From a virus, in IMG/VR virus record IMGVR_UViG_3300031552_000001, positions 64,001 through 128,000 of that record: DNA of 64,000 nt; one strand, 5' to 3'. The notes below the pieces were generated by a model. That model was not told where the DNA came from, did no database searches, and worked only from the letters and a program-made list of their open reading frames with translations. This document shows positions 46,261-55,108 of the stretch, piece after piece; the first letter of the stretch is position 1, and every line of letters begins with the position of its first letter. The position numbers and the translations under genes are program-made.

Positions 46261-47583
46261 ATGATTCAAAAAGCTAAAAAGGGGGCGACTCCGCCCCCTA
46301 AGGGCAAATCGATCTCTTCATCTAAACGCCCCTCTAAAGTAGACAAAGGGGGTGATCGCCCCCTAAGCGCTTCAGAAAAAGTGCAAGCATACGTTAAGTC
46401 CGTTAGCGTGAACCCTAGATACAAAGGGAAAGTGCAGGTTAGATTAGCCAAAGATTACAAAACACCCTTTAACTTACGCAGGCCTACCGGACTGCTGTCT
46501 CTAGACTTAGCCCTTGGTGGGGGTTTTCCTGCCGGCGGGTGTTCTCAAGTATACGGGGCTCGATCTTCTGGAAAAACGCACATATGCTTCTGTGTAGCTG
46601 GGCAGATACAAAAACACTACGGAAACAACTCGGTTATCTTAATCGCCATGAGCGAAATGAGGTCAGACGTAGGTTTCGCTCGAATGTCCGGGGTGTGTGT
46701 CAGGTATTCAGACTATGAAATAGAGGAATACGACAAGATACGAAAAAACAAAGGACTACCTCCTTTCACTAGCGAAGAAAGGGCGGATTTACAAAAACAA
46801 ATAGGCGAGGTAATTTTTACTGGAGGAAACACGGGAGGGGACGTTCTTGATGGCACGTTAGAAGCGCTAGATCGTATGGGAAACGTGTGCCAACTAGTTA
46901 TTGTAGACTCGTTGGGCTCTCTTCTTACACCAGACCAGGAGGCGAAATCCGTAAGTGACAAGCATTACGGGGGGAGCTCTGGGTTACTGACCATATGGCA
47001 AAACAAGCTACAGCCTAAATTTGTCAATGACCTCCCTGACGGTACCATGCTCGAGACTACTATTCTCGGCATCAATCAAGTGCGTGCCCTTATCGGCAGT
47101 CCTATGCCCAACAGCACCAGGCCCGCCGCAGGCGCGAAATCATGGGAACACGCTCAACTAACTAATGTAGAGCTCAAAACGTCTGAGCCGTTATGGGCAG
47201 ATACTAAGCACAATGAACAAAGCGGCAAAGTTATAAAGTGGGGAGTCAAAAAGGGTAAGGCGGGTACACATGATGGAGCAAAGGGGGAGTTTGATTGGTA
47301 CTATTTTCCTCATCACGACCCTGTGTTCTGGAAAGACGTAGTCGAGAACAGCGTATCCTATGGGGCAGATAAGATCTCCGATCTCATCAACGTCTGTAAG
47401 AAGCTAGGAGTCATAGAGATGGGCGGGCCCTGGAGGTATATAAAAGACGATGCAGGAAACTTACTGGTCCGTACTCAAGGCGACGAGCCTCTTGTAGAGC
47501 GCGTACTAGAAGACCCAGAATTAGAGGCTAGACTCCGGGAATCCTGCTTAAAATCATCAGGCTTAACAGTAAGGTACAAGTAA
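46261..47583 (+). CDS. recA: RecA/UvsX-like recombinase
   Basis: PTGLLSLDLALGGGFP.G, GARSSGKT, VIVDSLGSL, INQVR, KKGK. Confidence 0.92.
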   Translation: MIQKAKKGATPPPKGKSISSSKRPSKVDKGGDRPLSASEKVQAYVKSVSVNPRYKGKVQVRLAKDYKTPFNLRRPTGLLSLDLALGGGFPAGGCSQVYGARSSGKTHICFCVAGQIQKHYGNNSVILIAMSEMRSDVGFARMSGVCVRYSDYEIEEYDKIRKNKGLPPFTSEERADLQKQIGEVIFTGGNTGGDVLDGTLEALDRMGNVCQLVIVDSLGSLLTPDQEAKSVSDKHYGGSSGLLTIWQNKLQPKFVNDLPDGTMLETTILGINQVRALIGSPMPNSTRPAAGAKSWEHAQLTNVELKTSEPLWADTKHNEQSGKVIKWGVKKGKAGTHDGAKGEFDWYYFPHHDPVFWKDVVENSVSYGADKISDLINVCKKLGVIEMGGPWRYIKDDAGNLLVRTQGDEPLVERVLEDPELEARLRESCLKSSGLTVRYK

Positions 47584-48068
47584 TGCGCATACTATGCCCT
47601 GTCTGCGGGGACATAACAAAATCGGTTAACCGAGACTGCTTTAAGAAGCTACTCTCTACGGGTATTACTCCCAAATGCCCGTTTTGTAATGAAGAAGCTC
47701 GCAGGGAATACACCAAGAGGGGCATTACTGACAGCCAAAAAAGAAGCAGAAACCAAGAAAAGAGAGTAGCCAGAAGAGAAGGGGGGAGGAGGCAGCCTTG
47801 CTCAGGCGCAATGGACGGATTTGAGGGGGACGTTAGGCGAGTAGGTAAGTTTCGAGGAGAGTGCAAATTTACTAGGGCCGCATCGTATAGGCTAAAATTA
47901 GAAGATTTGAAAAAGATAGAGCATCAAGCTTGTGGCTCGGAACTGCCAGTCTTTGACCTTGAATTTCAGTCAGAATCTCCTGCTAAACGGTATGTCGTGT
48001 TGCCTGAGTGGGTTTATGAAACCCTGATGGTTGAATCTGGAAGGCGAGACTCTTCTGAAGGAGGTTAA
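47583..48068 (+). CDS. PD-(D/E)xK nuclease (Hjc-like) with N-terminal zinc ribbon
   Basis: CPVC...CPFC; QE..VA...QPCSGA...GDV...GECK. Confidence 0.6.
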   Translation: MRILCPVCGDITKSVNRDCFKKLLSTGITPKCPFCNEEARREYTKRGITDSQKRSRNQEKRVARREGGRRQPCSGAMDGFEGDVRRVGKFRGECKFTRAASYRLKLEDLKKIEHQACGSELPVFDLEFQSESPAKRYVVLPEWVYETLMVESGRRDSSEGG

Positions 48069-48885
48069 ATTGTTAGAATCTATACGAACAATAGATGACC
48101 TTACTCGAGCGCTGAAGGGAGATGGCTTTGATATAGTACAGCATTACCTTAACCAAGTAACTGTACAGGCGGATATAGAGGACTACCTGCTCTGGCTGTA
48201 CGATAATGAGGTAACCACTGACATAGTAGCTAAGTTAAGAAGAGAAAGAACCCGCGCTTTAGGGATCCATCCCTCCTCGGCGTCCAAAGTAGGTGTGTGT
48301 CTTCTAAAGCTCTACTATGAATGCACCCACGAGGTTCCTCCGGGATCGGCGTACAACCAGAAGTCTCAACTCACTTGGGATATAGGCACACTTCTTCATG
48401 AGACGTGCCAACAATGGTTTCGTGATATGTATGGGGACCAGTTTCAAAGTGAAGTAAGTCTAAAAAATGACGACGGCACTATCTGTAGCCATACCGATGG
48501 TATTTTCTCCTTTACGTATTACAAGTTCATCTTAGAGATAAAATCGATAAAAGAAGGAGGAAACTACGGATGGGAAAAGGTGCAGTCGAAACCGCAAGTA
48601 GACCATGTTCGACAAGCCCACTTCTATATGAAGCTCAGCAATACCCCTTATGCGCTAGTGCTGTACCTCAATAAAAACGCCGGAGAGTTCAAGGAGCATG
48701 CGGTATACTTCAACCAATCAATATGGGATGACCTTCAAAACAATGTAATAGACCCCGTTGTATCCGCCGCGTACAAAAAAGGACCACGCGTTCCGGCCAA
48801 GCCTGGTTGGCATTGTAAGTGGTGCGCGTTTCAGCACGGATGTCCTGAAAAGAGAAGAGGAACTGTTGATCATGCAAAATGGTGA
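48031..48885 (+). CDS. Cas4/RecB-like PD-(D/E)xK exonuclease
   Basis: HPSS...C, GTLLH, HTDG, LEIKS, Q..FYM, CKWCAF..GC (four-Cys Fe-S arrangement). Confidence 0.75.
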   Translation: MNLEGETLLKEVKLLESIRTIDDLTRALKGDGFDIVQHYLNQVTVQADIEDYLLWLYDNEVTTDIVAKLRRERTRALGIHPSSASKVGVCLLKLYYECTHEVPPGSAYNQKSQLTWDIGTLLHETCQQWFRDMYGDQFQSEVSLKNDDGTICSHTDGIFSFTYYKFILEIKSIKEGGNYGWEKVQSKPQVDHVRQAHFYMKLSNTPYALVLYLNKNAGEFKEHAVYFNQSIWDDLQNNVIDPVVSAAYKKGPRVPAKPGWHCKWCAFQHGCPEKRRGTVDHAKW

Positions 48886-49618
48886 ACCTAACGACGCCTT
48901 TCTCACAGATGAGAACGAAGGTATAAGTGCTTATACCTTCGCTGATAGGGTAACAGCCCGAATTCAAAAGTTGGGGGTAGGTAACTACGAAAGACCGAGG
49001 CTTGAAGAAGATCACGAGGGGGTGATCCTTCATCTGAAGCGCGGGGACTATTTTGATGGCCGCCTTCCTATAATCATCAGGAAACTGACTTTAGATCAGC
49101 TCTCTGCTCTATATTCCCTGTACTCTAACTGGTTCGGCTATATCACCACTCAGTTCATGATGATTGCTGCCGAACGGTCTGAGGCTACCTGCCAAAAAGA
49201 GTTTTTGATAAACCATCTTAAAAACCACTACAGGACCCCCTATGCGGGGAAGAAGCTACCTGAAACGGCGGTAACAGACGCAGCAAAGACGGACAAGCGT
49301 TACGTTTTAGCGAACGCTAGGTACGAAGAGCTCACGGCTATTTACAACATGCTGGAGGCTATGAAAGAAGTAGCCAACCAAGACATGAAGGTAATTAGTC
49401 GAGAGGTGACTATACAGCAAGAGAAGGCCAGAAAAGACTTGCTATTACACGGATTCGGAAATCGCGGAAAAGACTATTCGGACTTTCAAAACGCGGTCTC
49501 TGATACAGAGTGGGGGGCCCAGAAGGAGCATCATGGTTCAACGCCCGGCACTACGTCTAAGAAACCAGGAAGGGTTTACCCCAAGCCAGAAATCAAACGG
49601 CCAAGAGCCCTTCGATAG
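48872..49618 (+). CDS. Helical protein, possibly a UvsY-like recombination mediator
   Basis: KLPETAVTDAAKTDKRY...YEELTAIYNMLEA loosely resembles UvsY; located in the recombination module. Confidence 0.35.
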   Translation: MQNGEPNDAFLTDENEGISAYTFADRVTARIQKLGVGNYERPRLEEDHEGVILHLKRGDYFDGRLPIIIRKLTLDQLSALYSLYSNWFGYITTQFMMIAAERSEATCQKEFLINHLKNHYRTPYAGKKLPETAVTDAAKTDKRYVLANARYEELTAIYNMLEAMKEVANQDMKVISREVTIQQEKARKDLLLHGFGNRGKDYSDFQNAVSDTEWGAQKEHHGSTPGTTSKKPGRVYPKPEIKRPRALR

Positions 49619-50159
49619 TCTCACGTTGGTTACAGACCTCCCTCCTTCAGTAAACGCATTGTATCAACATCGAAGGGGCGGAAAACTAGCCCTTACGGAA
49701 ACGGCCTATCGATTTAGAGAGTCCGTAAAAGCAGTAGTTACTACCAATTTAGCTAAAGTACTCACCTTTCCTACGGGTCCAGAAGTTATATACAGATTTG
49801 ACATTACCCTTTACTTCGAGCAGTTAGAGAACCCTGGCTGGTTTGAGTTTTGGGAGCGAGATGTTTTCTATCAAAAGGACTCTAAGGACGGAAAGCATAA
49901 GAAAGGGAGTCTAAAATACAAGAAGGGGGAAAGGAAAGCAGTAAGTCGATATAAGCAAATCGATTACGACAATCGCATTAAGTTTTTGCAGGATTGTGTA
50001 TCGAAATCGATAGGTATACCTAATGACTCACAAATCTTTGTAGGGCACCAAGAAAAAAGGGAAGACCCGCGCGACCCAAGAGCGGAAGTTACTGTAACGG
50101 TAGAGAAGGACCCTTCTCGATTCTTTCACGAAAGGAGAGGTGATGGCTTCCGCCCCTGA
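49533..50159 (+). CDS. rusA: RusA-like Holliday junction resolvase
   Basis: PPSVNALY and DYDNRIKFLQDCV...ND.QI; contains a basic insertion. Confidence 0.75.
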   Translation: MVQRPALRLRNQEGFTPSQKSNGQEPFDSLTLVTDLPPSVNALYQHRRGGKLALTETAYRFRESVKAVVTTNLAKVLTFPTGPEVIYRFDITLYFEQLENPGWFEFWERDVFYQKDSKDGKHKKGSLKYKKGERKAVSRYKQIDYDNRIKFLQDCVSKSIGIPNDSQIFVGHQEKREDPRDPRAEVTVTVEKDPSRFFHERRGDGFRP

Positions 50160-50478
50160 CATAACCCTAGATTTAACAGAATTGAATCATACTGAGTTGG
50201 TTTTACTGGCCAAGTGGTGTGGGCTACCTGCTTCCCGAGGCATTCCCCGAGAAGTAATAATCGAGTCTCTTGAAACATTTCAGCCTATAAGCGCGGCTAT
50301 CCCGTTTGATGAAAAAAGGCGCTGCTTATCCACATGGATAACCAGAAACTGGAGCATAGTACGGATGCAGGTGCCAAAAAAGGTATGCCCGCGATGTGAT
50401 TTGTGCAAAGACCTTCAAATACTAGATTGCTACACGGTGAATGAGGACCTAATAAAGCCCAAACGGCCGAGGAGATAA
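50140..50478 (+). CDS. Hypothetical protein (small helical domain + Cys cluster)
   Basis: AGGAGAGG upstream; CPRCDLC...C. Confidence 0.65.
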   Translation: MMASAPDITLDLTELNHTELVLLAKWCGLPASRGIPREVIIESLETFQPISAAIPFDEKRRCLSTWITRNWSIVRMQVPKKVCPRCDLCKDLQILDCYTVNEDLIKPKRPRR

Positions 50479-51819
50479 ATGGTAGGCCAGTGTCGTCAGT
50501 GCAAACATTTGTTGGGGTGCCCTCTTTTACTCGGAAGTAATAAGGTATTTGACGAAACCCTACTTCTCAATGAAGAGGACCCGCCGTGTAGTAGCTTTGA
50601 GGAGGTAGTAGGGGCTCGAGAAAAAAACGTTAGGGAGTGGTGCTACGCTTCTTTTGGCTTGGGCTACCTCAGAGCATTACACGGTCTTCCAGAACTAATG
50701 ATGGAGGGTTTAAGACAAGGAGAAAAGGACGAACAGATGTATGAGAACATACCCGATTTTTCAGACCCCATTCTACTTAGAGAAGGGATGACTGCTGTAG
50801 ATAGAGAGGAAGTTCTTAGGTACCAAACAGATGAAAACGGGCAAGTCATAATAGAAAAAGACTCCGAAGGAGTAGAGCATAAGCTAGCTAGGCCTGAATA
50901 CCACATAAAGGCCTACGCCTGCGACCCTGATAGACCCATAGGATTGGAAAAAGAAGTTGCTTGGGCGTGGAATATCAATCAAATAATTGACCACATCCTA
51001 AAGCGTGAGGCAGAACTAGGCCTCGTAGTTAAAGTGAGAAAGTCGGCTAAGAAGCCGGCAAATCAACCACAAGAAAGTGAGAAAAGCATGGCCGGAAGAG
51101 AAGTACGTACAACCATTCGAAGGGGGCCTCCAAGCTCAACGCCTCAAGCTCCTGCTCCTTCCACGCAAGCCCCGGTACAGCAAGCTCCGGCATCGGTACA
51201 GGCTCCTGCCCCTAGAGCCAATCCTCGCCCTCCTGCCGCTTCGGCTCAAGGTCCTAGGCCGATGCCTAGACCCGCCCCAGCTGCTTCAGGGGGTAGAGTG
51301 GCCAATCCTCCTACAAGAAGGTCTCCTACACCTTCGGCGGGTCCTGCTAGAGCTCCGGCTCCTTCAGCCCCTCCGTCGGGAGGATCTGTAGCTACCCAAG
51401 GCCCCGGCATATCAGAAGAGTCGCTGGTTGCTTTGGTGGAGCAGTGTGTTGCTAAAACTCTAGACATTAGAGTCAAGGATATTCTAGAAAAGGCCCAAAA
51501 GAACTACGACCTTACGGCATCCTGCTGCGAAAAAATCCTGGACGCCATTACCATCGTCCATGATATCGCAGGACAAACAGGCGGTACGTTCCAAATTAAA
51601 AGGGTAGACGCGGAAAACAACTACCTCGTGAAGCCTGACGGAACTTTTGAGATGGAAGCTCCTCAACTGTTTCCTCATCCTTCAAAAGTGTTCGCCTACG
51701 TTGAGGGGTCTGCTTACGACCCCGAAAACATGCAAGCGGTAGACGCTGACCTGCCCCAAGAGTATTACGACGACACAGCCGCCCCAGGAGGTGAATACGC
51801 CCAAGAGGGGGAAGCTTAG
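50479..51819 (+). CDS. Hypothetical protein with a long Pro/Ala low-complexity linker
   Basis: N-terminal CRQC..., (A/Q)PAP repeats at ~51130-51400, acidic C-terminus. Confidence 0.75.
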   Translation: MVGQCRQCKHLLGCPLLLGSNKVFDETLLLNEEDPPCSSFEEVVGAREKNVREWCYASFGLGYLRALHGLPELMMEGLRQGEKDEQMYENIPDFSDPILLREGMTAVDREEVLRYQTDENGQVIIEKDSEGVEHKLARPEYHIKAYACDPDRPIGLEKEVAWAWNINQIIDHILKREAELGLVVKVRKSAKKPANQPQESEKSMAGREVRTTIRRGPPSSTPQAPAPSTQAPVQQAPASVQAPAPRANPRPPAASAQGPRPMPRPAPAASGGRVANPPTRRSPTPSAGPARAPAPSAPPSGGSVATQGPGISEESLVALVEQCVAKTLDIRVKDILEKAQKNYDLTASCCEKILDAITIVHDIAGQTGGTFQIKRVDAENNYLVKPDGTFEMEAPQLFPHPSKVFAYVEGSAYDPENMQAVDADLPQEYYDDTAAPGGEYAQEGEA

Positions 51820-51878
51820 AGGCAACGGCCTATGCGTCGTTGCCTTCAGTAACTATTTCTACTGACTCCCTAGCGAGT

Positions 51879-51998
51879 ATGTCGTTAGAAGAGCTTCAGA
51901 ATTTTGCGTCTAAGGTAGGAGTTGGATACTTCGATCTCGGACAAGAGGCTCTCCTCGAAAAGATAATACTGTCGGGAGAGCCAGTCTTACCCTATTAA
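51879..51998 (+). CDS. Possible 39-aa peptide
   Basis: MSLEELQNFASKVGVGYFDLGQEALLEKIILSGEPVLPY; fills the gap before the terminator. Confidence 0.3.
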   Translation: MSLEELQNFASKVGVGYFDLGQEALLEKIILSGEPVLPY

Positions 51999-52000
51999 CA

Positions 52001-52028
52001 GAAGCCCGCATAAAGCGGGCTTCTTTTT
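52001..52028 (+). terminator. Intrinsic terminator of the replication operon
   Basis: GAAGCCCGC-ATAAA-GCGGGCTTC followed by TTTTT. Confidence 0.85.
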
Positions 52029-52034
52029 AGCTAT

Positions 52035-52475
52035 TTACTTTTTTGATAGAGAGACAAAGTACAAAGCCGTCCCCGCTATCCCCACTACTACTCCACCGCC
52101 AGCTACGAAATAGGGCCAAGTAGGACCACCGGCGCCGTCTATCGCCCTCTTTTCTGCTTCGTGCCAGTTCTTCTCTGTCCTTTTAAGCCTAGCATTCACT
52201 GTTGCATTATCATTCTTCAGTGCAGTGATTACTAAGTCTAACTGAGTTACTTGCTTCGCGCAGCTTTCCTCTAGCTTTTTGAAGTCCTCTACTTGCTGCG
52301 TCAACGCCCACAACTCGTCATCCATACGCAATAGTTTTTTGTACTCTTCAAACGTGTAGTATCTGACTTCTTCCTTATTAGGTAGCTTTAGAGAAGTGCC
52401 CGGAGGCATATAGTGGAGCTCCACCGTAAGTGGATCTGCCAATAGACTCATAGATAGTAATACCGCAGTTAACAT
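52035..52475 (-). CDS. Exported coiled-coil protein with C-terminal TM (spanin-like candidate)
   Basis: N-terminal signal-like MLTAVLLSMSLLA, a coiled coil, and C-terminal TM YFVAGGGVVVGIAGTALYFV. Confidence 0.55.
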   Translation of the reverse strand: MLTAVLLSMSLLADPLTVELHYMPPGTSLKLPNKEEVRYYTFEEYKKLLRMDDELWALTQQVEDFKKLEESCAKQVTQLDLVITALKNDNATVNARLKRTEKNWHEAEKRAIDGAGGPTWPYFVAGGGVVVGIAGTALYFVSLSKK

Positions 52476-52943
52476 TTAGCCCCTCCTTCCGTTCACCACT
52501 GTAAGCTCTTTCCAGCCCGCCACTTTGGCTAAGAGGCGAGCTCTCTCCTTCATTTCAGCCTCATTAGCTGCCAGCCTGTCTTTTATGTTTGCAATGTCAA
52601 CGGACAAACTACTGACAGCTTTCATTGCGGACTCTCTATCTACCTTATTTTTTGCAAGCTCCGCGTCTTCTGCTAGTCGAGCTTTCTCCTCCTCTTGAAC
52701 CCTAAGCTCGTATTCTAACTGAGCAGACTTCCGTTTTGCCATTACGGCTCTCCAGCCCAATAGAGCGAAGCCGATAGAAATAACCGCAGTGATGACTATG
52801 TAAACGACAAAGGAAGACCCCTTCGAGCCCTCCTCCGCCGTCTTCTTTGCTGCCTTATCAGCTAAGCTCAGCAATACCTTTTCGAGCCCTCCTGGCTCGT
52901 TGGATTTTTCTTCAGCCACGTGCTTCTTCCGTTTTGTCGACAA
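52476..52943 (-). CDS. Single-TM + coiled-coil protein (i-spanin-like candidate)
   Basis: TM FVVYIVITAVISIGFALLGW followed by a coiled coil. Confidence 0.55.
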   Translation of the reverse strand: MSTKRKKHVAEEKSNEPGGLEKVLLSLADKAAKKTAEEGSKGSSFVVYIVITAVISIGFALLGWRAVMAKRKSAQLEYELRVQEEEKARLAEDAELAKNKVDRESAMKAVSSLSVDIANIKDRLAANEAEMKERARLLAKVAGWKELTVVNGRRG

Positions 52944-53424
52944 CCTTAGAGTCGGAAGTATATTCGTGGATTGCTACAGATAGCGGGCCAGATAGGAGGA
53001 TAGTAAGGGCATCTACCCAACTCAGTCCAAACGCCAGATTAGATACAAGAGCCGCGGCAGAGCCTAAGCCTATCGTGCTGTACTTAAGGATTCGCTTGCC
53101 GTCCTGAGATTTGAACCAAGACAAGTTCTTAGCCAGCACTTTAAGTAAGCTAAGCAGCAGCTTAAATACCGCCGCAAGAAGCAACGCCACTAGTAGGCTA
53201 GTCGGTCGATCGTCGTTCTCTCGGTTTGCAATATCTTTGGCCGCGGAAACCACAGACGCCCCATCTTTCACAACGTCAGTGGGGGTAGCGTCGGCTTCCA
53301 CTACAGCGGTAGTTTCCGCAGCGTCTACCTTACCGTCCTGATTCGTATCCAAAGACTCTTGAGAAAAAGCCGCAGTAGGTGCAAGAACCAAACAAAACGT
53401 CAATAATAGGTGTTTCATAACCAC
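52912..53424 (-). CDS. Multi-TM membrane protein (holin-like candidate)
   Basis: AAGGAG ribosome-binding site; signal-like N-terminus and 2-3 hydrophobic helices. Confidence 0.55.
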   Translation of the reverse strand: MVMKHLLLTFCLVLAPTAAFSQESLDTNQDGKVDAAETTAVVEADATPTDVVKDGASVVSAAKDIANRENDDRPTSLLVALLLAAVFKLLLSLLKVLAKNLSWFKSQDGKRILKYSTIGLGSAAALVSNLAFGLSWVDALTILLSGPLSVAIHEYTSDSKVVDKTEEARG

Positions 53425-53566
53425 TCCTTTTGAGAAACAGTACCCCTATTTAGTACACCCCCTGATGTCCGGTCTCAAGTGCTATAAACCTGCAATTTTG
53501 GCATACTTCATGGGATAAGAAAAATGGAGAACAAGACGATGTTCTTCGTTTCCTGGAGGAACCCAC

Positions 53567-54448
53567 ATGAAGCGTATAACTCTTATTCTTGCAGCAGTTT
53601 TGGCTAGTTGCGGCACAGCCAATGTTCGCAGTTTTCCATGTTCGATCGAAGACAACGAAGATGGAAGCTACACCCTTTCCTGCTCTAACGGCACAAGCGT
53701 CACCGTCTCCAATGGCAAAGACGGTAAAGACGGAGAGTCTTGCTCAGTGTCCGAGCCCGAAGCTGGTACGAAGCTCATCTCGTGTACAGACGGGACGTCC
53801 GTTTCAGTGCATGACGGCGAGCAGGGTCAGACAGGCTACTCGTGCTCAGTGGTGGACAATGGCAACGGCACATCCACTGTTGGGTGCGAAGATGGTACCA
53901 GCGCTACCGTAAAAGACGGTGAGCTGTGTGAAGTGACACCGAACGGCGATGGCACAAATGTTATTGTCAGTTGCCCAAATGATTACATCGTAGAGGGGTC
54001 TGCTATAATAGAAGGCGACGTAGACATACGAGACTCGGTAACATTGGCCCTTATCAAAAACTACAGCCGCATTACGGGCGACCTATACATAGCTAACATC
54101 ACAAATATCTCACTTCCAAATTTGGTCGAGGTTGGAGGCGCCCTGTCAATCAGCTATAGCGAAATCGTTGAAACCATAGATCTACCGGCCCTAGTTTCCG
54201 TAGCAAAAGACCCAAACGGCTCTGGAGTCACTGGTTTGAGAATAGGGGGCAATACCAAATTACGATCCGTCAACCTAAACTCCCTAGAAGAAGTGGGAGG
54301 GGCGGACTTGCCCACAATGCCACTGGAAGTCAGAATACAAGACAATCCTCAATTGCCGTCATGTTGGGCTGACGCCCTCTTGGCGCAAATAACAACCGTC
54401 GGGGACGTTTATCAATCAGGTAACGACGATACAGCAACCTGCGACTAG
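53567..54448 (+). CDS. Lipoprotein with Cys-bridged beta repeats and a receptor-L/LRR-like domain
   Basis: Lipobox LAS-C; four C-x-V-x-x-N-x-x-G...C-x-DG repeats; L-P-N-L-x-x-V-G-G-x-L-x-I repeats; GGAGG ribosome-binding site. Confidence 0.8.
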   Translation: MKRITLILAAVLASCGTANVRSFPCSIEDNEDGSYTLSCSNGTSVTVSNGKDGKDGESCSVSEPEAGTKLISCTDGTSVSVHDGEQGQTGYSCSVVDNGNGTSTVGCEDGTSATVKDGELCEVTPNGDGTNVIVSCPNDYIVEGSAIIEGDVDIRDSVTLALIKNYSRITGDLYIANITNISLPNLVEVGGALSISYSEIVETIDLPALVSVAKDPNGSGVTGLRIGGNTKLRSVNLNSLEEVGGADLPTMPLEVRIQDNPQLPSCWADALLAQITTVGDVYQSGNDDTATCD

Positions 54449-54455
54449 AATATCT

Positions 54456-54478
54456 GGAGCCCTAATTGGGCTCCTTTT
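54456..54478 (+). terminator. Intrinsic terminator
   Basis: GGAGCCC-TAATT-GGGCTCC-TTTT directly after the lipoprotein stop. Confidence 0.85.
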
Positions 54479-54482
54479 AGCT

Positions 54483-54749
54483 CTAAATAGCGTAATTCAA
54501 CTCAATTTCTAAATCTACCCCTCCAGTATGCCACTCTAGCTGAAGTCCTCCTTTTACTGTAGGTACGATAGTAGGCTCCGGAACTCCTGTATCAAGTAGT
54601 GCAGATATAAGAAATACGGCTTGCTCCGCTACAATAGGGTTGACTCGGGCCGCTCCGTACGAGTCCCAATTGCTATCCAACTCAAGAAGCTCGTTTATTC
54701 GGCGAGTTACAGCATCTAAACGCCCGCTCTGCTTTGAAGGCGGCTCCAT
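54483..54749 (-). CDS. Small protein with NWDSYGA motif
   Basis: LDSNWDSYGA...P...PT..GGLQLEWH is a recurrent small-protein pattern of unknown function. Confidence 0.65.
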   Translation of the reverse strand: MEPPSKQSGRLDAVTRRINELLELDSNWDSYGAARVNPIVAEQAVFLISALLDTGVPEPTIVPTVKGGLQLEWHTGGVDLEIELNYAI

Positions 54750-54768
54750 TGCTTCAAGAACGCCTATC

Positions 54769-55098
54769 CTAAAATTCAGCTAGAGCTTCCTTATTTGATA
54801 GAGACTCATCTTCAAATTTTAAAGACAGCAACTCATCTGCGTAAGCATTGGCCGCGCCTTGATGATTCTCTATCTGTAGCTGTAGAGACCTAAGGCGCGC
54901 TTCTGCTTGAGTTATCTGATTTCTCAAAGCCTGAACGTCTTTAATAGACTGTTGGGCTGCATCAGACTCTTTTTTTAGCTTCCCCAACAACCTCCGTTCG
55001 TTCTTCTCCAATGAATCGGGGTCTTCAGTTAGCTTTTTTATGCTATCGCTGAGGTAGGCTTGAAATTTTTCCGGGTTAGGTCTTTTCTGGTCTGACAT
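54769..55098 (-). CDS. Coiled-coil protein after the tail fibre (possible fibre chaperone)
   Basis: GGAG ribosome-binding site; heptad pattern; position. Confidence 0.55.
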   Translation of the reverse strand: MSDQKRPNPEKFQAYLSDSIKKLTEDPDSLEKNERRLLGKLKKESDAAQQSIKDVQALRNQITQAEARLRSLQLQIENHQGAANAYADELLSLKFEDESLSNKEALAEF

Positions 55099-55108
55099 GT
55101 AATCTCCG

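Noticed and set aside
48031-48885. Cas4-like gene as evidence of a CRISPR system
   Set aside because: No repeat-spacer array or other cas genes are in the window; solo Cas4-like exonucleases are common in phage recombination modules.
51130-51400. GCTCC/CCTGC-rich quasi-repeats
   Set aside because: They encode a Pro/Ala linker; irregular, with no spacer structure, so not an array or origin.
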